Virus record (IMG/VR): IMGVR_UViG_3300018481_000027
Coordinates: 1-54,002 of that record
Length of the DNA stretch: 54,002 bases
Direction: 5' to 3' (one strand)
Source: a virus
Taxonomy: Duplodnaviria > Caudoviricetes
In this document: positions 9,549 to 18,832 of the stretch, one piece after another
Layout: every line of letters begins with the position of its first letter
How positions within the stretch are numbered: position 1 is the first letter of the stretch
Notes under the pieces: generated by a model
What the model was told of the DNA's origin: nothing
What the model saw: the letters and a program-made list of their open reading frames with translations, nothing else
The model's database searches: none
Program-made: the position numbers and the translations under genes

Positions 9549-9869
9549 CTAACTTTGCAGTATGAGACCGCGTCTTCGTTCGATGATGTTGCAAATCGGA
9601 CAGCTGTCACCGTCGTAGAAACCATGCTCCAGACATGACGAGCGGAGAAGATTTCGATGTACCTTCACCGCTCGCTGCGACCACATCCGATACTTGTACT
9701 GGAAGCAGACGTGACAGAACTTCGGTCCATCATGCCCTTGCCTCTGCCTACGCACGAAGCGAATGCGAAAACGCGTACGCAGTCCGCACACCGTGGTTCC
9801 ATCGATGTACATCCGATGAGTGCGACGTGGGCGTTGGCCCGTGGTGAGAGCTACCCACGCTGTGTACAT
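9549..9869 (-). CDS. hypothetical Cys-rich (zinc-binding?) protein
   Basis: CG, CHVC, CLEH and CPIC motifs. Confidence 0.5.
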   Translation of the reverse strand: MYTAWVALTTGQRPRRTHRMYIDGTTVCGLRTRFRIRFVRRQRQGHDGPKFCHVCFQYKYRMWSQRAVKVHRNLLRSSCLEHGFYDGDSCPICNIIERRRGLILQS

Positions 9870-10135
9870 CAGAAATTGACCTCCTGGTTGCTGGTCACCC
9901 GCCCATTGCGGTGGACGCTGATCGAGCAGTGAAAGAGACCGATGATCACCACTCCGTTGTCGGGGCGCTGCGAGTAGAACAGACCGTCGGGCAAATATCC
10001 GCTTCCCCCCGGCGCCCGTGGCAGCTCACTCATCATGTACCACACCCCGTCCAGGGTGGCTTTTTGCGTCTTGGTGACCGGGTAGTCGTAGGCCCCCCAG
10101 GTCAGATCTCCTTTCCGACCTGCAAACTTGGCCAT
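9869..10135 (-). CDS. hypothetical protein
   Basis: ATG at 10135 after AAAGGAG. Confidence 0.55.
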   Translation of the reverse strand: MAKFAGRKGDLTWGAYDYPVTKTQKATLDGVWYMMSELPRAPGGSGYLPDGLFYSQRPDNGVVIIGLFHCSISVHRNGRVTSNQEVNF

Positions 10136-10336
10136 ACTTCTCCTTTCTTGCATCGCGGGATGTACTACTGGCCAATACAACTGAGTCAGTAGTACAATGT
10201 TGCCTCCTACCGGCGGCAGGAAGCCCAGAACTTCAGATACCAGGCCTTCTCCTCCGGGGTCTTCGACTCCCACCACCCCGCGGCGAGCAAGGGAAGGCAC
10301 TTCCTCAGTTCCTCGTTGCTGATCATGTTTCACCTC

Positions 10337-10570
10337 CTATCTACCGATCTCCTGTACTACCAAATATCCCTTGTGGGCTTCCAGGATGTTGTCGGTCTTG
10401 TCCTCATGCCCGATCAATACCTGAGCTGACCCGGGATGTCGAGACCGAATGGCCAGATACTCCTCTTCCTTGATCGGTAGGCACTCAAGGCAGTCGGAGT
10501 CGTTGCATTCGCAGAAGATGAGCGTCTCCGAGGTAGTGGCCCGCTTCAACAATCGATCAAGCCACCTCAT
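10337..10570 (-). CDS. small Cys-rich protein (FCEC-x4-C...GHE type)
   Basis: IFCECNDSDCLECLPIKEEEYLAIR...LIGHE; resembles a small-protein family recalled from Thermoleophilia (unverified). Confidence 0.6.
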   Translation of the reverse strand: MRWLDRLLKRATTSETLIFCECNDSDCLECLPIKEEEYLAIRSRHPGSAQVLIGHEDKTDNILEAHKGYLVVQEIGR

Positions 10571-10851
10571 TTCATCATCCCCTCCACCTCGATGCGCAGA
10601 CGCTGAAGCGTCTGGTAGGTTCCCTTCTTGTCTGACATCATGGCGCGCCACGCCGCTTCGGTAGCGATGTTGAGCGGCTCTACCAGCTGTACTACCATCT
10701 GGTTGATGGCTTCTCTGTCGGTGTCGTCGACCCCCAGCTGCCGGGCCATACCCCGCGTGTAGGCCGTCAAATATGCCACGGCGCCGAGATACTGCGCCCG
10801 CTTGAGATCGTCGTCACTCAGCTCGGGCTGATCCCCGTTGGGTCCGATCAC
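10567..10851 (-). CDS. hypothetical protein
   Basis: coupled to both flanking genes. Confidence 0.6.
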   Translation of the reverse strand: MIGPNGDQPELSDDDLKRAQYLGAVAYLTAYTRGMARQLGVDDTDREAINQMVVQLVEPLNIATEAAWRAMMSDKKGTYQTLQRLRIEVEGMMK

Positions 10852-11384
10852 TTCATGCTCTCCTTGAACATCTTGTCCAAGTGCTTCCCTCGGCGCCACT
10901 CAACGGCTTCGAGGAAATCGATGCCCGCGTTCTCGGCGCATTCCCGATCTTCGGACCGGTCGCCGACGAAGAGCGCCATCCCCATGGGATATGACTCTCC
11001 GTGGTTGGCGAACAACCACTGCCGAGCGTTGTAGATCATGCCCGGCGCGGGCTTACGGCAGTCGCACTGGGCATCAGGCTTGTGCGGGCAGTAGACGATC
11101 TTGTCGATCGTGTTGTTGCTCTGCCGGATGGTCTCGTTCATGGCATCGACGCAGGTCTGCTCGTCCATGAAGCCGAGTCCAATGCCGCCCTGGTTGGAGA
11201 TACCGACAATCCTCCACCCGAGATCCCGATACCCCTGGAGCAAATCGGGGACCCCGGGGAAGATCACCACGTCCTCCTTGGTATTGACGAACCGCCCCAG
11301 CTCGTCCTTGCCGTAGCGGACAGTTCCGTCGATGTCGCAGTACAGCACGGGTACCTTCTTCCCACCAATCGTGGGTGCGTTCAT
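10848..11384 (-). CDS. HAD-IIIA phosphatase (GmhB/HisB-like)
   Basis: DIDGT, SNQGG, CPHKPDAQCDCRKPAPGM and VGDRSED motifs. Confidence 0.9.
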   Translation of the reverse strand: MNAPTIGGKKVPVLYCDIDGTVRYGKDELGRFVNTKEDVVIFPGVPDLLQGYRDLGWRIVGISNQGGIGLGFMDEQTCVDAMNETIRQSNNTIDKIVYCPHKPDAQCDCRKPAPGMIYNARQWLFANHGESYPMGMALFVGDRSEDRECAENAGIDFLEAVEWRRGKHLDKMFKESMK

Positions 11385-11659
11385 CTTCGTATTGCCTCCT
11401 CATCGATTGCGTCCTGTTTTGTACCGATGGCGTCACCGGTCCACATCTCCGACACGATATGCATGAGCATCGTGTCGTTCAGGCGGTCGAACGTACTGGT
11501 GATCTGGGTTCCCGGACTGAGAGCCCAGAGTTCACCCTCGGCCACCCGAAGATGAAATTCCTGCGGGTGATCCACGCTGCGGTAGAGCACGACCTTCTCA
11601 TCGTCCTTGGACTTTCCGGCGAACACCGGGACGTATCGGAAGGGCGAAAGATCGTTCAC
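11381..11659 (-). CDS. hypothetical protein
   Basis: 4-bp overlaps with both neighbours. Confidence 0.6.
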   Translation of the reverse strand: MNDLSPFRYVPVFAGKSKDDEKVVLYRSVDHPQEFHLRVAEGELWALSPGTQITSTFDRLNDTMLMHIVSEMWTGDAIGTKQDAIDEEAIRR

Positions 11660-11877
11660 GAGCGTCTTCTCCTGTTCGTTCGCGTGACCCCCCGCAGGAT
11701 GCGACGGGCCTCGGCTTCGTTCTCCTCCGGGGTACCGGAGAAGTCACCCGAGATGAGGAACGCGCTTCCGTTCTTCTGGGTGATCAGTGCTGCATGCCTC
11801 GAGATGCTCGCGATGAACATCTCTTCGTGCTGCCCCTCCAGTTCATCAAGGATATCGTCAAGATCTCCGTGGAACAT
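11656..11877 (-). CDS. hypothetical protein
   Basis: RBS AAGGAGG; coupled downstream. Confidence 0.6.
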   Translation of the reverse strand: MFHGDLDDILDELEGQHEEMFIASISRHAALITQKNGSAFLISGDFSGTPEENEAEARRILRGVTRTNRRRRS

Positions 11878-11894
11878 GGGGCCCCACCTCCTTG

Positions 11895-11923
11895 AAAAAA
11901 GAGAAGCCGTGTATGGGCTTCTC
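11895..11923 (-). terminator. intrinsic terminator, ACACGG type
   Basis: GAGAAGCC CATACAC GGCTTCTC TTTTTT. Confidence 0.8.
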
Positions 11924-11930
11924 TAATGGA

Positions 11931-12173
11931 TTACTGCTGTCGTTCGATGTTGGTTAGCACCATCAGGTCGAATTCGTCGAGCTCCACCTTGTTCTCGTTG
12001 AGTACGTGACACAGGTAGGCGATCTGCTCGTTGAGAGAGTGCACCGTCTGCGCCTGCATGACATTGCAGCAGGCGATATGGCGAATTCTCTTTCGGAGCT
12101 TGCGGCCAACCAGTAGTTCGTACGCGGCGAGGGCACCAAGGGTGGCGCCGACGATTTGAATATGATCGGGCAT
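11931..12173 (-). CDS. cassette gene, small protein with an N-terminal TM helix
   Basis: lies between promoter 12205-12230 and terminator 11895-11923. Confidence 0.7.
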   Translation of the reverse strand: MPDHIQIVGATLGALAAYELLVGRKLRKRIRHIACCNVMQAQTVHSLNEQIAYLCHVLNENKVELDEFDLMVLTNIERQQ

Positions 12174-12204
12174 AACTTCCTTTCTAGGGATAGCGAGTGG
12201 TCTC

Positions 12205-12230
12205 ACTATATGCCCAGTTTTTGCCGCGAA
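12205..12230 (-). promoter_or_regulatory. phage promoter motif
   Basis: TTCGCG-N14-TATAGT, abutting terminator 12229-12258. Confidence 0.8.
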
Positions 12231-12266
12231 AAAAGAGAAGCCGTGATGGCTCCTCTCCTTGAACTA

Positions 12267-12521
12267 CTAGAGCTGGGGGTGCTCCGTGTTGACGAGGTAC
12301 AGATCTCCTCCGCGTGCGAGGGGAAATACGATACCGCCGCCCGGCTTGTCGATCAGATGCTGAAGCTGCTCGGGGGTAGCGAAGGCCCAGATGTTTCCAC
12401 CGCGCATGTTTAGCGCGATGGCGACGAGGGCGCCTGCTCCCACGAGGGCTCCAGAAGTGAATGCGATGGCCGTGCGATGGTTCTGTACGAACGCTCGGGT
12501 GCGGGTAATCTGGTTCTTCAT
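12267..12521 (-). CDS. cassette gene, small membrane protein
   Basis: TM segment; own promoter and terminator. Confidence 0.75.
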   Translation of the reverse strand: MKNQITRTRAFVQNHRTAIAFTSGALVGAGALVAIALNMRGGNIWAFATPEQLQHLIDKPGGGIVFPLARGGDLYLVNTEHPQL

Positions 12522-12549
12522 GGATACTCCTTGGGGTAGTAGTTGTTCT

Positions 12550-12575
12550 ATTACACCCCGTGATTTTCCCGCGAT
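12550..12575 (-). promoter_or_regulatory. phage promoter motif
   Basis: ATCGCG-N14-TGTAAT. Confidence 0.75.
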
Positions 12576-12744
12576 TACGGCTTGAGCATCTCCTTCACGG
12601 GAGGATATACATCCATCCCGATCTGCGAGAACTCGCGTATGGCCAAGGCCCCAAATCCCGCAGCCAGGATTCCGAAGCCCAGAGATATAGCCCCAGCCAC
12701 TAGTCCCTTGGCCAGGTGACTGGGGTAGAACTCCATCGATTCGT

Positions 12745-12999
12745 TCACTGCTTTCGCTTCTCCTCTTCCTTGAGTAGCAACTCCATGTCTTCGCGGAACG
12801 GCTCGATCGCCTTTACCAGCGACTTGAGCGTGGCCTGCATGGCTGCCGCCAGCTGTCGTCCGAAATCCCCCATAACTGCGAGGAAGTTGACAAGGAAGGC
12901 CTCTACTTCTTCATCCGTAGCCTCGAGTGCCGTACGCCCGTCCTTGAACCTGAAACCCGCTTCGTGCATGATCTGACGAACTTCGTCGTGCTTGGTCAC
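12745..12999 (-). CDS. hypothetical protein
   Basis: coupled to the ArsR gene. Confidence 0.6.
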   Translation of the reverse strand: MTKHDEVRQIMHEAGFRFKDGRTALEATDEEVEAFLVNFLAVMGDFGRQLAAAMQATLKSLVKAIEPFREDMELLLKEEEKRKQ

Positions 13000-13589
13000 G
13001 ACAGGTTCCCGTTGGACAGTCGGGTCGCCTCGAACATCAGCACGCTGAGGGCGGCCTCCTTGGTCTCCGTCTCGGGCTTCTTGGCCACGCGTAAGGCCGA
13101 GGCAGCCTCGATCTTCTCAGCCTGCTCGAGAAGCTTGTCGCAGGCCTTGGATAGCTGCTCGAAGCCCTTCTCATCGAGTCGAACCAGCGATCGACGCAGC
13201 TGCGAATCGGGGTTGTCGAAACCTCCGGCCCCTGCTGCGATCTGTGCGTAGGTGCTGATCACCTGTAGCGACGAACCAACCGCTGACTGCTTGGCGATCG
13301 GTGCCGCAGCCGCCCACTGTTCAGCGGTGATGGTCGGGCGTGCCTTCGCCCGATAGTGGTGTTCCACCGCTCCGCGGACCCGAGTCTCGTCCACCAGAGT
13401 GATCATCCCGAGCTCTTCGAGCGTTCTGACGTGGTAGGCGACGGTACCCAGACTCGCACTGAGCCACCCTGCCAGCTGATTCGGTGAGGCCTTACGCTCG
13501 TCGAGCATCGCGAGAATGCGCACGCGCAACGGGTGACCCATCGCCTTCACGTAGCGCGGATCATCGATCGAGGTGATAGCCTTGCTCAT
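12996..13589 (-). CDS. ArsR-family winged-helix regulator
   Basis: KAMGHPLRVRILAML...SPNQLA...GTVAYHVRTL...RGAVEHHYRA; ATG at 13589 with RBS. Confidence 0.9.
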   Translation of the reverse strand: MSKAITSIDDPRYVKAMGHPLRVRILAMLDERKASPNQLAGWLSASLGTVAYHVRTLEELGMITLVDETRVRGAVEHHYRAKARPTITAEQWAAAAPIAKQSAVGSSLQVISTYAQIAAGAGGFDNPDSQLRRSLVRLDEKGFEQLSKACDKLLEQAEKIEAASALRVAKKPETETKEAALSVLMFEATRLSNGNLS

Positions 13590-13612
13590 ACTGTCCTTCC
13601 TTTCAGTATCTG

Positions 13613-13648
13613 TCGAAAAAGGGGGACCCGGAGGCCCCCCTTCTCGAC
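13613..13648 (-). terminator. intrinsic terminator
   Basis: GAAGGGGGGCC TCCG GGTCCCCC TTTTT. Confidence 0.75.
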
Positions 13649-13653
13649 TTAGC

Positions 13654-14115
13654 TTACCCGCAGGCGGCCCAGGGGGCCGTACCGTTTGCCCAGAACTCAC
13701 GACGGGCCGCGATCTCTTGATCTAGCGGAGACCAATCGTGATACGTAGCACGGTTATGATACGTACCAGGCATGAACTGAAATTTGCCGTAGGCGCCGGA
13801 TCCTCCCGCATTCGGCGTCGTATAGCGAATCGGGTCATACTCCGGACTCGTGCCGCTTTCCCCGTACCAGGTACAGTCGGGAATATAGAGATTCGTCCAG
13901 TGCTTCCACTGTCGGAGGCGCCTATTGTTATGGCGCTCGATCCGTCGGTGGTGACGGCGCTTCTCCTTCAAATATGCCTTCTTGAGCTCCTTGAAGTTTG
14001 TGTACTTGATCTTGACCTTGTGTTCCTTGGTTGGTGGTGCCCACCGCCAGTCCGCCGCTGCGGACGAGGTACACGTAAAGGTGAACAACAACAGCAGTAA
14101 TGCGAAGCGCTTCAC
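13654..14115 (-). CDS. secreted transglycosylase (Rpf-like lysozyme fold)
   Basis: signal peptide; CTWYGESG, GAYGKFQF..GTY, DQEIAA and GTAPWAACG motifs. Confidence 0.8.
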   Translation of the reverse strand: MKRFALLLLLFTFTCTSSAAADWRWAPPTKEHKVKIKYTNFKELKKAYLKEKRRHHRRIERHNNRRLRQWKHWTNLYIPDCTWYGESGTSPEYDPIRYTTPNAGGSGAYGKFQFMPGTYHNRATYHDWSPLDQEIAARREFWANGTAPWAACG

Positions 14116-14209
14116 AAATATCCCCCTTCTGGTTTAGCAGGGGTGTCCAACTTATGGGCAGAGTCAGACACCCCCGTTCCTTCTTTTCTTCGCCCAAAAA
14201 ATCAACCAT

Positions 14210-14950
14210 CGACTAGGTTCGTAATGGCTAGAACGTAGGCCCTTTACTAACGGCCCATAGGTCCTCCTTTGTCCTATTGGCAGAAATCTGTGGAACCGCC
14301 ATGAAACATGCTGGAGTCTCCCGTGTAGGTCGCTGCCCCACATCCCCTATCCAGCTTCACCCTCTTACGCATCTCCTAGTGACCTGGACAAGCCGGTAGA
14401 GACGAAAGGGTTCCCTCCTACAAATATGCCTATCCTGAGGGGCGACTCGTAGCCTACCTCGTACGAGAGCCCGCAGTCGCAGACCCTCAGGAGTCGGACT
14501 TCCTGAAATAGTAGAGCAGGCCTACTTTCCTTGCCGAGGATGACCCGGGGCTGGGGTTACAACCCTCCAGGTTTTACGCCGATCGTCAAAACAACCTCTG
14601 GCAAAGCTTATATGCGGGCGTCCCACGCTTCCCCCATGGGCGGGAGAAAGCTCCGTCATCCCGCGCCAGCCCGTCATCCACCCCCGATCAATAGGGGCCG
14701 AGCCTCCCGATCTTTCTATGATAATATGCTGGAGTCACCCTATCCGGACCGCGGCTTCTCTCCCCGCGCGGACAATCCCCTATCCAGCTTCGTCCTCTTA
14801 CTATGCGTATTAGCCCGGAAGGCATGATCACACCTAGGACTCCCTACCCTCACCCCAACTAAGCTTTCCTCTGCGCTGGCACAACCGGGGTGATCGGTTG
14901 AATCCCGCCTGCCAGCGCGTGCTTCGGCTCCTACGAAGCCGGGCACCCAC
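14210..14950 (-). ncRNA. large structured non-coding region with two copies of a conserved motif
   Basis: no credible ORF; many stems; the motif TAAGAGG..GAAGCTGGATAGGGGAT[var]GGG.GACTCCAGCAT occurs twice. Confidence 0.55.
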
Positions 14951-14964
14951 ACAAATATGAACGG

Positions 14965-15294
14965 TTACCGAAGCATCGAGACGAGTTCAGTCCGTTGCCG
15001 CACACTCAATCCCCCGACGGTCTTCGCGGGAGAGATGCGACACTGCTGGAGTACTTTGTTTGTCTTGACCCGCCCGTACTTAGGGCAGCTAATGAGCAGG
15101 TCAAATATCTTCATGGTCTCTAGCCACGTTGGTGGTGGTTCCAGTAGCAGATTTTTGATCTGCACTTTCCTGGCCTTCAAGTCGCGCTTCAGTTGCGCAC
15201 GCTTGCCTCGGACTTCGTTGGCGCGGGCCAACGCTTCCATTCTCTGAACCAGGGATCGGTCTGGAACTCCAGTCTTCTTCGTTTTGACGGCCAT
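14965..15294 (-). CDS. mihF: actinobacterial integration host factor (mIHF/sIHF-like)
   Basis: QRMEALARANEVRGKRAQLKRDLK...DLLISCPKYGRVKTNKVL...ISPAKTVGGLSVRQRTEL. Confidence 0.85.
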   Translation of the reverse strand: MAVKTKKTGVPDRSLVQRMEALARANEVRGKRAQLKRDLKARKVQIKNLLLEPPPTWLETMKIFDLLISCPKYGRVKTNKVLQQCRISPAKTVGGLSVRQRTELVSMLR

Positions 15295-15900
15295 TTAGGC
15301 CGCCTTCTCGACGCCTGCCTGTTCTCCCGCCTCAGCCTCCTCCGGCGCGGGCCCCTGCAGACCCTCTCCTCGCTGCTCTTCCACGGCTTCGGCTTCCCGC
15401 GCCGCTTCGGTCACCTCGCTGTGGGTACCGTTCCCCTGCAGAGACGCGACCACCTCGTCGTAATCCTGCGGCTCCTGGGGCACGTAGTTCATGCCCTTCC
15501 AGGAGAGCACCGACCCGTCTGCTTGCGCGAAGCATTCCGGGCCGATGACCACGATGTTGGGATCGTCTTGGATCTCGGAGAGCTTCTCTCCGGGGTCTGC
15601 CTCCTGCTCGAGCTGGACCACCTCGTCGAACGAGAGATGGAACGCCTTGTTGGTGTAGATCTTGTAGCCCCGCTCCGTGTAGAGGATCCAGTCGCCGACC
15701 ATGGCCTTGGTCTGACGAGGATTCTTGGGGTGATGGACCCGCACCTTGATGTACTTCTTCCCGGTTCCCTTTCCGGGAATCTCGTCCTGGCAGATCTCGC
15801 CTTGACACCAGGCGGCGACCTCATCGAAGTTGTCCCGCGCGACACGGATCGCTTCGACATAAAGCGGCTTCCGGATGAACTTCGTTGTTGTGACACTCAT
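15295..15900 (-). CDS. hypothetical protein (RKP..VEA / GDWI family)
   Basis: FIRKPLYVEAI and VGDWILY motifs; acidic tail. Confidence 0.7.
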   Translation of the reverse strand: MSVTTTKFIRKPLYVEAIRVARDNFDEVAAWCQGEICQDEIPGKGTGKKYIKVRVHHPKNPRQTKAMVGDWILYTERGYKIYTNKAFHLSFDEVVQLEQEADPGEKLSEIQDDPNIVVIGPECFAQADGSVLSWKGMNYVPQEPQDYDEVVASLQGNGTHSEVTEAAREAEAVEEQRGEGLQGPAPEEAEAGEQAGVEKAA

Positions 15901-16032
15901 GAAACTGACTAGAATGTCCTTTCGTATGGTTGGCTTGCCTGCGGATGTACTACTCGTCTGAGCTGCTGGAGATCCGTGCGAGCACGAAGCCCACAAGGAT
16001 CCCCACGAGCATGATGGCGGCGCCGGTGATCA

Positions 16033-16512
16033 CTACGAACTGCTCTCCTCCATCTCCGAGTACTTCCGTTCGAGCTGGTCTTCCTCGATCGTGATGTACA
16101 TGGTCTGGACATAGGCCGAGATGCCGGTTCGGCCGTGCACTTCGTAGTTGTAGGGACGGACGATGAGATCGACATTGGTGATGTCGGCCCAGTCGAGGGT
16201 TTCCGCCGTCTCCTCAGTGATCGGGACCTTCTTCCCCAGATCGTTGATCGTCATGATCTTCGGGGGTCGGCCCTTTCCGTAACCCACCTTGACCGGGAGC
16301 CACGGGGTCGGCTCCTCTTCCTCCTCGACGTCATCGCGCGGCTGGAGGTACTTGACGTTCCAGCCGTCGGCCAGCATGGCCTCGGCGACGTCGTTCGGAA
16401 GGATTACTCCGAAGTTGCGGTCGCCCTCCCGGTTGTACTGCCCCTCCTTGCCCGTGAAATTGCGGAAGACGAGTCTCACGCCCTCCATGACTACAGTTTG
16501 ATCCGCTGGCAT
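16033..16512 (-). CDS. putative single-stranded DNA-binding protein
   Basis: FRNFTGKEGQYNREGDRNF, VDLIVRPYNY, GISAY; acidic C-terminus. Confidence 0.7.
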   Translation of the reverse strand: MPADQTVVMEGVRLVFRNFTGKEGQYNREGDRNFGVILPNDVAEAMLADGWNVKYLQPRDDVEEEEEPTPWLPVKVGYGKGRPPKIMTINDLGKKVPITEETAETLDWADITNVDLIVRPYNYEVHGRTGISAYVQTMYITIEEDQLERKYSEMEESSS

Positions 16513-16537
16513 AGCTCTCCTTCTTCTTGAACTTGGC

Positions 16538-16750
16538 TTACTTCTTTGCCTGCAGGAGTATCAACGAAGCATACGCCTGCGTCTTGGCCAACAGCAACGG
16601 AACCATCACCCAGTTGCCGCTGGAGTCACGCATCTTCTCCGGAGGAAAGCCCAGTCTCTCGGCTTCCCTTGTCACCTCGTCGATCTGTAGGTCGATCTGG
16701 TTGATCAACTTGATCGTGTCCCGGCGCAGAGTATCGGGGCTGATGATCAC
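16538..16750 (-). CDS. hypothetical protein
   Basis: co-oriented ORF. Confidence 0.6.
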   Translation of the reverse strand: MIISPDTLRRDTIKLINQIDLQIDEVTREAERLGFPPEKMRDSSGNWVMVPLLLAKTQAYASLILLQAKK

Positions 16751-16939
16751 TGAGACTCCCTTTGAGGTACGCGTCTACCTCTTTGTCGGTAACGGAGAAA
16801 TCGGCGAATAACCCTCGAGAATCTACGCACATCGTAGCCTCCCCGACGACGCGACGTTCGCCTCCGTAGTTTACCACCAGAGGGACGGTCTTGCCGTCTA
16901 ACTCTGCCAGAGCTTCCTTGGTGAATATGACGTGCTCCA

Positions 16940-17305
16940 TCATCCCTCGGTTCGTGACGATGGGTGGGCGGGTGGCTCGTACACCTCGTACTGAGCTTCG
17001 AAGTCTGCCGCTTTCATCCTGTACAGCTCGCCCCGCCGATTGGTGACGATATAATCACCTGGGCAGACGGTCTCCTCGCCGTTCACTCCGTCGAGAATGC
17101 CGTGCTTCTGCATGACATTGCCGCACTCGGGGCAAAATCTCTCCCCGGGAATTTTGAGGGATCGGAAATATCGAACGACCTCCCCCTCTGACAAGGCGTC
17201 GGAACCCTCAGACAACTTGATCGGCTTCGACTTGTCTTGCGGATGATCTCCGTTGGTAAACCACTGCGAGGCCTCGGTGAGGACCGGCTTCTTTCGATAC
17301 TTCAT
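16940..17305 (-). CDS. zinc-ribbon protein, paralog 1
   Basis: KYRKKP..EASQW.TNGDHP, CPECG..MQKHG, CPGDYIVT. Confidence 0.8.
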   Translation of the reverse strand: MKYRKKPVLTEASQWFTNGDHPQDKSKPIKLSEGSDALSEGEVVRYFRSLKIPGERFCPECGNVMQKHGILDGVNGEETVCPGDYIVTNRRGELYRMKAADFEAQYEVYEPPAHPSSRTEG

Positions 17306-17312
17306 TGTCTCC

Positions 17313-17732
17313 TTATCTTAGAGGGGTCTCGTGACGGTCGCGTTGTTGCCTGCGCTGTTCGCGATCGGAAGGGGGTATCTTCTTTCCGTCACGCGGCGGC
17401 GGCGCCCAACGCTCGTACTGCGACTCGAATTCACCCCTACTGAGTCGGTAGTAGAACCCGTTTCGATCGGTGACAATATAGTCACCAGGGCAGATGGTCT
17501 GCTCGCCGTCTCGTCCATCCGGAAGAAACCCATGCCTCTGCATCAGGTTACCACACTCAGAGCAGAACGGGATGTTTTCGACAAGAGCTTCCGGGGGAAA
17601 GAATCGCACTATCTTTCCCTCGGTCAGTTTTGAAGTCTCACCCTCGATCAGCTCTGACCCATCTTCGGGATGATCGCCGTTGGTAAGCCACTGGGTAGCT
17701 TCCAGTAGGAGGGACTTTTTACGGTACTTCAC
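17313..17732 (-). CDS. zinc-ribbon protein, paralog 2
   Basis: same motifs as 16940..17305. Confidence 0.8.
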   Translation of the reverse strand: MKYRKKSLLLEATQWLTNGDHPEDGSELIEGETSKLTEGKIVRFFPPEALVENIPFCSECGNLMQRHGFLPDGRDGEQTICPGDYIVTDRNGFYYRLSRGEFESQYERWAPPPRDGKKIPPSDREQRRQQRDRHETPLR

Positions 17733-17914
17733 TCGGCTCCTTTCATCTTATACCCCAGATGACCTCGCCGATGTCGTCCCGGGAATTAGCTGCCTCGATC
17801 GTAGCGTCTCTCGAGGATTCGGACGCGTGTTTTGTTTCGATAGCCAGTTCACCCGGAACTTTGGGGTATTTGGCCTCAGAGCCGTAGTAAGCCCGAACCC
17901 AATATGGAAACTCC

Positions 17915-18214
17915 CTATCCACCTTCTGGTTTCCTTTTCATCCCGGCGAAGCCAAGCGCTTTCAGCTCGAAAACCTCGTCGAGCTTCTTGAGCTGTTCGC
18001 TGGCCTCGGGGTCGAGGGTTATGATGATGGTGGTAGTACCGTCATCCTTGGTCCGGTAAGCGAATGCATTACCGATGATTGTGGTGTCGCTTCCAGGCCC
18101 ACCCAGCATCTGAGGAAACCCGACGTTGAGGGTGACGGGGAGATTGGAGAAGACTCGCTCGATATCGAGCATACCCTCCGTATCCACCCCCTCCAGCCCT
18201 TCGAAGTCCTCCAT
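17915..18214 (-). CDS. hypothetical protein
   Basis: coupled ORF. Confidence 0.6.
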   Translation of the reverse strand: MEDFEGLEGVDTEGMLDIERVFSNLPVTLNVGFPQMLGGPGSDTTIIGNAFAYRTKDDGTTTIIITLDPEASEQLKKLDEVFELKALGFAGMKRKPEGG

Positions 18215-18498
18215 CAGGCGCCTTCGTCCTTCTCGCGATAGAGCTCGACCTGCAGCTCGTGCGAAATATCGAGGCCGTGCTTCCTGGCTGCAGCGACCAG
18301 CTCCTCGACTTCGTACATCTTGCTCTCCGCGCCTGCGCCGAGCCAGAGGATGATGCGATCATCCTCGTCCGGGCGATTGCCGTCATGCTTCTGCAGGTAG
18401 AAGGTCATCAGCATCTGATCCCAACCAAAGACCCACTTGATGTCCTCCCAGTTCTCTCCGACCTTCGTCGGTCCCTGGATGATGACGTGCTGCGACAT
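18214..18498 (-). CDS. hypothetical protein
   Basis: coupled ORF; GWD..L.TFY motif. Confidence 0.65.
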   Translation of the reverse strand: MSQHVIIQGPTKVGENWEDIKWVFGWDQMLMTFYLQKHDGNRPDEDDRIILWLGAGAESKMYEVEELVAAARKHGLDISHELQVELYREKDEGA

Positions 18499-18832
18499 CA
18501 GATCGTCTTCTCAGAGGAAATGGAGATCTCCTTCACGTTCGGGTTGTCAGCGATCCCGTAGGAATCGAATTCCTCCTGAGCCTTCTGGACGGACTCGACG
18601 AGATTTTCCGCGGTGACTTCCACCTGACGAGTCTGAGTCACCATATAGCGATAGATCGCTGGCAACAGCTTTCCTTTCTACTTATCCAGCTGACACAACG
18701 GGCACTCTCGTCGCATGCTCCCCCACGGGTGTTCCCCACGGCGATGAGCAGCGATCAGAGTTGCCTGAAGTGCCTCTAGAGCTAGGACTTCCCGATTGGG
18801 TTCGGGGTTGATGAGAATATGGAGGTTGTGAA

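Noticed and set aside
14116-14310. c-di-AMP (ydaO) riboswitch upstream of the Rpf-like gene
   Set aside because: The ydaO conserved segments were not found by eye
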